The notes beneath the pieces were generated by a model. That model was given only the letters and a program-made list of their open reading frames with translations. It had not been told where the DNA came from and did not search any database. From a virus (Duplodnaviria; Caudoviricetes), in IMG/VR virus record IMGVR_UViG_3300008264_000009, positions 1-34,181 of that record: a stretch of 34,181 nucleotides of DNA. One strand, given 5' to 3'. The position numbers and the translations under genes were made by a program. The stretch's first letter is position 1. Every line of letters starts with the position of its first letter. Shown here one piece after another: positions 17,692-24,112 of the stretch.

Positions 17692-18074
17692 TCTTGACCT
17701 TTCAATTTCAATCCATGTTCAGCCATGGCTTCTCTAACAAGTTGTACGCCTTTTGCGCCCAAGTTAGGAATTCTTTTTAAATCTCGTATATCCCATTTAC
17801 ATAACTGTTCTTTTGTATAAATATCTTCTGCTCTTAAGCAACGAAAATATCTAACTGGTAAATTTAACTCATGCAAATCAGCATTTTTATATAGTTGCTC
17901 TCGTTCTTTTTCTGCCACCCATTCCGCATGGATTCTGTCGCGATGATTTACCATTTCAATCGCTAACCGATAAGCTGTTTGAGCCAATGCAAATGGATTG
18001 GTAATTCCAAATTTTTCAACTTGTGCTGTCATTGCGTTTGTCGCAAAGTGATCTAACAATTCTTCTTTAGTCAT
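17688..18074 (-). CDS. protein with C-terminal RNA polymerase alpha-CTD-like domain
   Basis: C-terminal 'LHELNLPVRYFRCLRAEDIYT..QL......DLKRIPNLGAKGVQLVREAMAEHGLKL' aligns by eye with the RpoA CTD '[25 protein letters not shown]......[27 protein letters not shown]'. Confidence 0.85.
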   Translation of the reverse strand: MTKEELLDHFATNAMTAQVEKFGITNPFALAQTAYRLAIEMVNHRDRIHAEWVAEKEREQLYKNADLHELNLPVRYFRCLRAEDIYTKEQLCKWDIRDLKRIPNLGAKGVQLVREAMAEHGLKLKGQE

Positions 18075-18625
18075 GCCAAACTCGCTTTCTTTTCGTCTTT
18101 AGCTGCAATGATTTTCTTCTGCCAGTTGGCATCAGTCCCACAAGCCTTGTAAGCCGCTGTGTAAGCCGCCTTTAGTTCGTCAGAATCTTTTGCGTCTTGG
18201 ATTGCAATCAGGTGGTCAGCCATTGCGCTTGAATCCACAGTTGTCTTTTTAGGTCTGACAGCAGCCTCACCATCGTCATCCTCTGGAGCGATGCCGCAAG
18301 CTGCCATGAGTGACGCTCTGCGACCATAAGTCAAAGCTGACATAAAGCCTTGTGGGTCGTTCTTTTGTGCAGGGAAGAACAGGCAACCACACTCAAGCAT
18401 TTCACCTGATTCGTGGACAAACACAGTCTCAACCATGATGCCGTTCTGATGGTCGTAATTCTTCTGAAGCAAGAAGATGCCATTGTTATTCAATGCGTCA
18501 ATCACGGCCTCAACGCAGTTTGAGAGATTTGCGTATTTGCTACGGAAGTGTGGATTAGTTGCAGTCTTGAGTGCAGGGCCAAATTCTTTTTGTGCTTTGA
18601 CCAAAGCTGTTGCGATATTTTTCAT
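18071..18625 (-). CDS. erf: ERF-family ssDNA annealing protein
   Basis: 'NPHFRSKYANL', 'ETVFVHESGE' and 'QGFMSALTYGRRASL...GIAPEDDDG' ERF signature. Confidence 0.9.
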   Translation of the reverse strand: MKNIATALVKAQKEFGPALKTATNPHFRSKYANLSNCVEAVIDALNNNGIFLLQKNYDHQNGIMVETVFVHESGEMLECGCLFFPAQKNDPQGFMSALTYGRRASLMAACGIAPEDDDGEAAVRPKKTTVDSSAMADHLIAIQDAKDSDELKAAYTAAYKACGTDANWQKKIIAAKDEKKASLA

Positions 18626-18813
18626 TTTGTACCCCACACAAAAATGTCCAAGATAACAACAGCGAAAGCCACCAAGCTGACAGCAATCATTACTTTGTCA
18701 ACGAGAGGCATTGTGTCGCTTGGGACTTCTATTGCTGCGCCATTCTCAAGTGTGGCAGGGAACGCCTCATTGAGTGTGCGTGGGAAAGTGCGGGTGGTGT
18801 CATTGATTTCCAT
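18622..18813 (-). CDS. small membrane protein
   Basis: 'TRTFPRTLNEAFP' plus C-terminal TM segment; strong TAAGGAG SD. Confidence 0.75.
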   Translation of the reverse strand: MEINDTTRTFPRTLNEAFPATLENGAAIEVPSDTMPLVDKVMIAVSLVAFAVVILDIFVWGTK

Positions 18814-18819
18814 AAGTTA

Positions 18820-18882
18820 CTCCTTAAAAGACCTTCGGCGAAGGCATGACTAGATATTACTTGATTCCAGCTTATGTGTGAC
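18820..18882 (-). promoter_or_regulatory. leftward promoter plus hairpin leader, copy 2
   Basis: On the minus strand: GTCACA, 17 nt, TAATAT, 6 nt, ATGCCTTCGCCGAAGGTCTTTTAAGGAG. Confidence 0.65.
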
Positions 18883-19041
18883 CATAAAGCCAAAAATAAA
18901 TCCGATTGCTGTTGTCAAAATGCGACATTCCATTGTCCACTCAGCAGGGTTAAAGCTAACCGAGATGAATGAACCGATGAGATAGAAGAACGCAAGAGTC
19001 ACAGCGAACGGGAGCAGGGTTAGGGCGATTGTCTTTATCAC
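18850..19041 (-). CDS. 2-TM small membrane protein
   Basis: Two hydrophobic segments; GGAG upstream of the GTG start. Confidence 0.65.
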   Translation of the reverse strand: MIKTIALTLLPFAVTLAFFYLIGSFISVSFNPAEWTMECRILTTAIGFIFGFMVTHKLESSNI

Positions 19042-19058
19042 GGCGTTTTCTCCAACCT

Positions 19059-19313
19059 TTAGCGATAAACATTATCAAGAGCCTTCAAATTGAGAGTGTC
19101 AATTGCGTAATCAATCTCTCGCTGAATTGCATCGTCTTTCTGATACTTTGCGTATTGGCGCTCAAAGTCCTCGATGACGCTTTCAGAGAGAAGGTTGTAA
19201 ATGCAATCTTCAGAATTGATGTAGACATTCCACAAGCTGCCTGTGTACTGTTCAAAGTGACACACGAACTTAGCGCTGGAATCGTGGTGGGTGAGGGTAA
19301 GAATATCGAACAT
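19059..19313 (-). CDS. hypothetical early protein
   Basis: TAAGG SD; acidic 84-aa ORF in the leftward operon. Confidence 0.7.
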   Translation of the reverse strand: MFDILTLTHHDSSAKFVCHFEQYTGSLWNVYINSEDCIYNLLSESVIEDFERQYAKYQKDDAIQREIDYAIDTLNLKALDNVYR

Positions 19314-19337
19314 ATAGATACCTTATTCGATGAAATA

Positions 19338-19553
19338 TTAAGACTCAAGATAAACAGAAGGGGCAACTTCAACCTGAAATTCGTTGATTGCCCAATACAT
19401 TGTTTTTACAGCATCACGCTGAGATTCCAAGGATTTGTAAAGCTCAACTTGACCATTGTTGTGCGCTTGGATAAGTTCTGCGTTGATTGCGTTGTATTTT
19501 TCAACAAGCAATTGATACGCTTGGTCTAATGTTTCAAGAATTTGTGTTTCCAT
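19338..19553 (-). CDS. helical-hairpin early protein (first gene of leftward operon)
   Basis: Strong TAAGGAG SD within the repeated leader. Confidence 0.75.
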   Translation of the reverse strand: METQILETLDQAYQLLVEKYNAINAELIQAHNNGQVELYKSLESQRDAVKTMYWAINEFQVEVAPSVYLES

Positions 19554-19560
19554 CTAAATG

Positions 19561-19624
19561 CTCCTTAAAAGACCCTCACAGCGAAGGCATGAATAAATCA
19601 TAAGACAAAAACAACGCCTTGCAA
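19561..19624 (-). promoter_or_regulatory. leftward early promoter plus hairpin leader, copy 1
   Basis: On the minus strand: TTGCAA (19624-19), 16 nt, TATGAT (19602-597), 6 nt, ATGCCTTCGCTGTGAGGGTCTTTTAAGGAG. Confidence 0.7.
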
Positions 19625-19687
19625 AAATATTTTTAGTGTGTTGTAAAAACCAAACAGTTTTGTCGCCTTTTTGATACACAATAAATT

Positions 19688-19897
19688 ATGTACTTCCCAA
19701 AATGCTTTCCTGACCACAAAACTTATAGAGAATGGGTGGGTTACGCCAAACAAGCGAGAGAGAATGTTTCTCCCTGCGAGGACTGTCTTGTTTCCTATGA
19801 ACTCAAGATGAAATCACAGGGTAGATGCGAGAGGAATTGGTTAACAAAAAACTTAGTCATTGGCAGAAAATCATTATCCCAAGGAATGTTTGAATGA
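19688..19897 (+). CDS. small Cys-containing protein (first rightward gene)
   Basis: 'FPKCF', 'PCEDC' and 'GRC' suggest a Zn site; no SD visible, so possibly leaderless. Confidence 0.7.
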   Translation: MYFPKCFPDHKTYREWVGYAKQARENVSPCEDCLVSYELKMKSQGRCERNWLTKNLVIGRKSLSQGMFE

Positions 19898-20274
19898 AAC
19901 TCAGAAACGCTCACAAAGACCTATTAAAACGCCTGACCTATGGCCCGAAATCCACAAAGTCTTTCACTCACGGAGACTCAGGAAACAGCCAGCTTGGTGT
20001 TCACTTTCAGAGATACCTAGACGAAATGGCGCAACAGGGTCTCGTTGTTGTAATTTCGCAACACGGAGAAGATATGTGGCATATCACAGAGCATGGTCGG
20101 AAAAATCTCGATGCTCCGAAGATAGCGACAACAAGAAAAATCGTAGCTGGCACGACTGTCGGCAATTACGATGGTAGAGAATTGACTAGGACTTGTCAGC
20201 GACCTGGTGCGTATGAATTCCTAGACTATCCCTCGCTCATGGGTGATGAGCGTATTTACAGAGGTGTTTTATGA
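19894..20274 (+). CDS. winged-helix-like protein
   Basis: 'RYLDEMAQQGLV......WHITEHGRKNL' is a wHTH wing pattern; ATGA coupling at both ends. Confidence 0.65.
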   Translation: MKLRNAHKDLLKRLTYGPKSTKSFTHGDSGNSQLGVHFQRYLDEMAQQGLVVVISQHGEDMWHITEHGRKNLDAPKIATTRKIVAGTTVGNYDGRELTRTCQRPGAYEFLDYPSLMGDERIYRGVL

Positions 20275-20423
20275 AAACTTTGATTGGACTCTCACTAGCC
20301 TTAGCTTCTTTTGTCGCACAGGCTCAAATGTCAACCCACACCTATTGGGTGAATGGTAAGGCTGTCACTTGCACCACATCGTGCTTTGGCAATGGTCAAT
20401 CTTGCACAACTAACTGTTTCTGA
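20271..20423 (+). CDS. 50-aa secreted Cys-rich peptide (absent from ORF track)
   Basis: GAGGT SD; MKTLIGLSLALASFVAQA|QMSTHTYWVNGKAVTCTTSCFGNGQSCTTNCF*; ATGA and TGATG overlaps with its neighbours. Confidence 0.8.
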   Translation: MKTLIGLSLALASFVAQAQMSTHTYWVNGKAVTCTTSCFGNGQSCTTNCF

Positions 20424-20728
20424 TGAGCTACGCTGACATTGAAATGAAGGTTGTGCAATGGGGAGAGAAGCGAGGAATCGTGCAAAACTCTACCCCAGAG
20501 GCACAAGCCACAAAGACTCAGGAAGAACTCAACGAGCTTATCGAGGCCATTAAATCTGGCGATAGGGCGGCTATGGCTGATGCCTACGGAGATATTCTGG
20601 TGACTTTAGTCATGGGCTGCGCCTGTGCTGACTTAGACCTTGTGGAGTGCTTCAAAGGCGCTTATGAGGAAATCAAAGACCGCAAGGGTTATCTCGGGGC
20701 TGATGGAATCTTTGTGAAAGAGGTATAA
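20423..20728 (+). CDS. MazG-like NTP pyrophosphohydrolase
   Basis: 'KTQEELNEL' and 'DAYGDILVTL' (EExxE...DxxxD) motifs, 'AYEEIKDRKG'. Confidence 0.85.
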   Translation: MSYADIEMKVVQWGEKRGIVQNSTPEAQATKTQEELNELIEAIKSGDRAAMADAYGDILVTLVMGCACADLDLVECFKGAYEEIKDRKGYLGADGIFVKEV

Positions 20729-20820
20729 TGTTTTGAAACAGGGCTAGGTCTGAAGTCATGAGCAGACCGAAAAGCGAACCTCCCGCCTGCCTGCGTTTCT
20801 TTTCTGGAGGGTTTGCGAGG
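20724..20820 (+). ncRNA. candidate structured leader RNA upstream of replication initiator
   Basis: TATAAT at 20724; GGC-TA-GGTCTG(10)CAGACC-GAAAA-GCG(AACCTCC)CGC-CT-GCC three-way junction; loop is complementary to 20806-16. Confidence 0.55.
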
Positions 20821-20827
20821 ATGCCTT

Positions 20828-21634
20828 ATGGCCACAAAAGTCGATATATGGATGCCGCTATACATTGCGGATTATTTGTCTGCCACCTCACGGCTGACTA
20901 CCGAACAACATGGAGCATATTTGCTTCTTCTAATGGATTATTGGAAAAATGGCGCTCCGCCTGACAATGATTCAGTTCTTGCACAAATAACGAAACTTTC
21001 ACCAGATGCTTGGGCTAATGCTCGGACTATGCTTCAACCATTCTTTGAAATACAAGATGGAGCATGGTTTCAGCCTAGAGTTGAAAACGAAATGGCAAAA
21101 GCCAATCACAACAAACAGGCTAACAAAGAGCGTGGTTTAAAGGGTGCTCAGGCTAGATGGGGTAATAAAAATACTCCAAGCATAGTCCAAGCATACTCTG
21201 AGCAATGCTCGGCAGATAGCACATCACCTTCACCTTCATCTTCAAAAAATAAAAAGAAAGAGAAAGCAACTAGCGTTGCTTGTCCTGATTCTGTTGATAA
21301 ACAGGTTTGGAATGATTGGATGACAGTACGCAAAGATAAAAAAGCCAAGACGCTCACCGAAACTGGATGGAATCAGTTTGTTAAGCAGGTAGAAAAAGCT
21401 GGCTGGACTATTGAGCAAGCAATTAGCCATTGTTGTTTAAAGCAATGGGTCGGTTTTGAAGCTGATTGGGTAGCCAAAAAGACTAGTTATCAGGATGTTA
21501 TCCACCAGACTACCCCAACACCTGCCAACCATGACGCTGCCCTACGCAAGATTGAGGAAGATGCAAAGAAGGCTGTTAAACCAAACTCTGAGGTTCAGGC
21601 CAAGATTGCTGAACTTTTAAGGGGTAGAGCATGA
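20828..21634 (+). CDS. replication initiator, DUF1376/YdaU family
   Basis: 'WMPLYIADYLSATSRLTTEQHGAYLLLLMDYW', 'KGAQARW', and C-terminal 'VWNDWMTVRK.KK....T' and 'WVGFEADW'. Confidence 0.88.
   Translation: MATKVDIWMPLYIADYLSATSRLTTEQHGAYLLLLMDYWKNGAPPDNDSVLAQITKLSPDAWANARTMLQPFFEIQDGAWFQPRVENEMAKANHNKQANKERGLKGAQARWGNKNTPSIVQAYSEQCSADSTSPSPSSSKNKKKEKATSVACPDSVDKQVWNDWMTVRKDKKAKTLTETGWNQFVKQVEKAGWTIEQAISHCCLKQWVGFEADWVAKKTSYQDVIHQTTPTPANHDAALRKIEEDAKKAVKPNSEVQAKIAELLRGRA
21006..21266. repeat. iteron-like 11-bp repeats, probable replication origin within initiator gene
   Basis: ATACTCCAAGC/ATAGTCCAAGC/ATACTCTGAGC in tandem at 21171-21203; inverted copies ATGCTTGGGCTA/ATGCTCGGACT/ATGCTTCAACC at 21006-39; A-rich tract at 21244-66. 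Confidence 0.7.
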
Positions 21635-21643
21635 TTTATAAAA

Positions 21644-21838
21644 ATGGACTTAGAACACCTGAAAAACTGCGAAGCAAAAGAATGGCTGAACCGCTACGCA
21701 CAGAAGAAATCGACTCTAGGCTCAAGAAAAGCGCTTGCATGGTGGATGGGCGTATTAGAGGACTTGCGGAGAATCAGAGGCGAGTCCGCTACTTTGGATT
21801 TGAGGCAGCGCATGAACAAATTGAAAGGTCAAAAATGA
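21644..21838 (+). CDS. hypothetical protein
   Basis: 'EHLKNCEAKEWLNRY' and 'RIRGESATLDLR' motifs; follows the initiator. Confidence 0.7.
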   Translation: MDLEHLKNCEAKEWLNRYAQKKSTLGSRKALAWWMGVLEDLRRIRGESATLDLRQRMNKLKGQK

Positions 21839-22053
21839 TTTATAAAACTTTTGAAGATTGGTCAAATGGCAGGTTTTTAGAAACAGGTGAGCATAGAAAA
21901 AAGGCATACTCAAAAGAAGAATTAGACCTAATTGAGATGGGTTGGAATTATGGGCATGATGCTGGTGTAGAGTGGCAAAAAAGACAGTTAGCATTAGATA
22001 AAAAGGCAGATAACGCAAGAGAACTTGGTTTAGATTACGAGGTGAAGTCATGA
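21835..22053 (+). CDS. hypothetical protein
   Basis: ATGA-coupled start; C-terminal 'ALDKKADNARELGLDYE' motif. Confidence 0.7.
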   Translation: MIYKTFEDWSNGRFLETGEHRKKAYSKEELDLIEMGWNYGHDAGVEWQKRQLALDKKADNARELGLDYEVKS

Positions 22054-22262
22054 TAGAAATTGAATATGTTTTGACAGTACAAGACACACCGAAAGAAGAA
22101 AACAGTTTACATTGGTACGCATTTAATTATCGTAATGCTTCAACAGAAAATGCTAATGAAATGTTTTTGGCGCTTGAAAACTATGTTAATGAACAGGTTA
22201 AAAAAAGAACTTGTGACGAACTCGGAGTCTGCCAAAAAATAAACTGTGAGGTTTGTTTATGA
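22050..22262 (+). CDS. hypothetical protein
   Basis: GAGGT SD, ATGA coupling, C-terminal Cys cluster; AT-rich. Confidence 0.65.
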   Translation: MIEIEYVLTVQDTPKEENSLHWYAFNYRNASTENANEMFLALENYVNEQVKKRTCDELGVCQKINCEVCL

Positions 22263-22525
22263 GATACGCCGCTAGGGTAGACGCAAACCAAGACCAGATT
22301 GTTTCTGCTTTGAGGGCGGCTGGCGCTTATGTGTGGATTATCGGATTGCCTGTGGATTTGTTGGTTGGATACAACAATAAGACTTTTTTAGTTGAGGTTA
22401 AGACAGATTCAAAGAAAAAACTGACAAAATTACAGACAGAGTTTTTTGAGAAGTGGTGCGGTGGAACTCTCTGCCGCATTGATGGCCCTGAAGCAGCTTT
22501 ACGAATTATTGGAGTGGTCAAGTGA
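22259..22525 (+). CDS. VRR-NUC / PD-(D/E)xK nuclease (resolvase-like)
   Basis: 'AARVDANQ.QIV.ALR..G', 'PVDLLVG', 'LVEVK' and 'LTKLQ..F...W' motifs. Confidence 0.85.
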   Translation: MRYAARVDANQDQIVSALRAAGAYVWIIGLPVDLLVGYNNKTFLVEVKTDSKKKLTKLQTEFFEKWCGGTLCRIDGPEAALRIIGVVK

Positions 22526-22935
22526 GATACGAATTAAGAACACCAGAACAAGCAACATCTCTGATGCAGTCTCTTTGGCCTAAAGTCAAAGAAGCTATCA
22601 AAGGCGGTAAACAGTTATCGCTTGAGATTAAGCCTATCAACAAAAGCCGTGAGCAAGAAGAAAAGTATCACGCAATGATTGGCGAGATAGCAAAGCAAGC
22701 ACAACACTTAGGCGCTAAGTGGATTGCTGAAGATTGGAAACGACTGTTGGTAGACCAATTTTGCAAAGATACAGGATTGACAGGAAGCAAAGTAATTCCA
22801 AATCTTTCTGGTGATGGAATCGTGCAACTTGGCTTTCAAACCCGCAACTTCACAAAAGAACAAGCAAGCGAGTTTGTTGAATGGCTACATTCTTGGGGTG
22901 CAAATAACGGAATCACTTTTACGGAGAAAACATGA
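22522..22935 (+). CDS. ninB: NinB/Orf-family recombination protein
   Basis: 'SREQEEKYHAMIGEIAKQ', 'EDWKRLL' and 'QLGFQTRNFTKEQASEFVEWLHSWGA' motifs. Confidence 0.85.
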   Translation: MRYELRTPEQATSLMQSLWPKVKEAIKGGKQLSLEIKPINKSREQEEKYHAMIGEIAKQAQHLGAKWIAEDWKRLLVDQFCKDTGLTGSKVIPNLSGDGIVQLGFQTRNFTKEQASEFVEWLHSWGANNGITFTEKT

Positions 22936-23039
22936 GCGATATTCAATATTTCATTTTCGGTGCTTTGTTTGTTTTGATTTTCAAAATCTTAGCTGCCGCA
23001 ACAGAAATTCTCATCAAGCACATTGAAAAATACAAATGA
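22932..23039 (+). CDS. 35-aa single-TM peptide
   Basis: GGAG SD; MSDIQYFIFGALFVLIFKILAAATEILIKHIEKYK*; ATGA overlaps on both sides. Confidence 0.65.
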   Translation: MSDIQYFIFGALFVLIFKILAAATEILIKHIEKYK

Positions 23040-23446
23040 AGTTTGTCACGAAAGTAAATCGCAATACTGGCATGAATCCTATTGCCAGAGCGATTGCCAA
23101 GCAGAAACTCAAAGAATCAATAACAAGCCACAGAATCTCAATATTCCTTTTAGACGATGGTGAAGATGCCTCAAGCGAGATGGTCGCTACTTCCCTTCCC
23201 GTCTATGCAATGATGACTTGTTTAGAAGAACTCAAGCAGACAGACTCAGTTGAATATAGAAAGTTAAAAAGTGCAGGACACATTCTTTTACGATGCTCAG
23301 AATCAGGATTCAAGTGGAAACGAGAGTACACAATCACAATCGACAACGCCCTCGAAATCTGTCAAGAACAATGGACAAGAATCCCACCACAAACCCTCAA
23401 CCGAGCGATTAATGCCCTCACTTCAGCGCCTGTTAAGCAGAACTGA
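23036..23446 (+). CDS. hypothetical protein
   Basis: 136-aa ORF in the coupled operon. Confidence 0.65.
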   Translation: MKFVTKVNRNTGMNPIARAIAKQKLKESITSHRISIFLLDDGEDASSEMVATSLPVYAMMTCLEELKQTDSVEYRKLKSAGHILLRCSESGFKWKREYTITIDNALEICQEQWTRIPPQTLNRAINALTSAPVKQN

Positions 23447-23891
23447 AGAAGATGGAGACTGCCTGATTTGGAAATCCACCCTGAACCACAACGGCTATCC
23501 GACCATTCGGTTTTCGCAAAAGACTTGGAATGTCAGAACAGTTATCGGGATTCACTACGGAAAGTCAAAGCGCAAAGGGGATGTTTACACCACAATCTGC
23601 AAAAACAAACTCTGCTTGGCTGAAGGACACATGAGGGCGGTTAGCCGAAAGGTCTTAGCCGAGAAAATGGACAAGTCTTATGCCTCAAATCCTGTGAGGG
23701 CGGCAAAGATTTCAGAAAGCAGCCGTAAACGGGGCAAATTGAGCGTAGAGAAGGCTAATTTAATTCGGTTAAGCCCTGACACCCAGAAAGCACTTGCAGA
23801 GCGCTATGGGGTCTCTAAACGGGTCGTGTGGGAGATAAAGCGTGGAATTAGGTGGAAAGACTACAAATCTAACTTTTGGGGTGGTTTATGA
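23412..23891 (+). CDS. degenerate HNH-family protein with C-terminal HTH
   Basis: 'GDCLIW......GY', 'CKNKLCLAEGHM' and C-terminal 'KLS...A..IR.....QKALAERYGVSKRVVWEIKRG..W'. Confidence 0.75.
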   Translation: MPSLQRLLSRTEEDGDCLIWKSTLNHNGYPTIRFSQKTWNVRTVIGIHYGKSKRKGDVYTTICKNKLCLAEGHMRAVSRKVLAEKMDKSYASNPVRAAKISESSRKRGKLSVEKANLIRLSPDTQKALAERYGVSKRVVWEIKRGIRWKDYKSNFWGGL

Positions 23892-24112
23892 CAAAAGATG
23901 ACATTATCCGTTTTGCAATTAAATGCAAACTTGTAAACACAAATAATCGTGATGGCATTTACATGGATGCGCTTATAGACTTTGCCAAACTGGTAGCAGA
24001 GCGTGAGCGTGAAGAATGTGCAAGGCTTTGTGAAGAAGAACGAATAAATGCTGTTCATTATTCCGCAACAACTCAATCAAACTGGTTAGCTAGAAAGATA
24101 AGAGCAAAATGA
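23888..24112 (+). CDS. hypothetical protein
   Basis: 'TKDDIIR.A', 'FAKLVAEREREECARLCE' and 'ARKIRA' motifs of a common small phage family. Confidence 0.75.
   Translation: MTKDDIIRFAIKCKLVNTNNRDGIYMDALIDFAKLVAEREREECARLCEEERINAVHYSATTQSNWLARKIRAK

Noticed and set aside
19029-19529. 166-aa plus-strand ORF
   Set aside because: Antisense to two SD-supported leftward genes; no SD or recognisable domain.
20741-20795. Hammerhead ribozyme (CTGA...GAAA)
   Set aside because: The core reads CTGAAGT rather than CUGANGA and lies inside a stem, so the topology does not fit.
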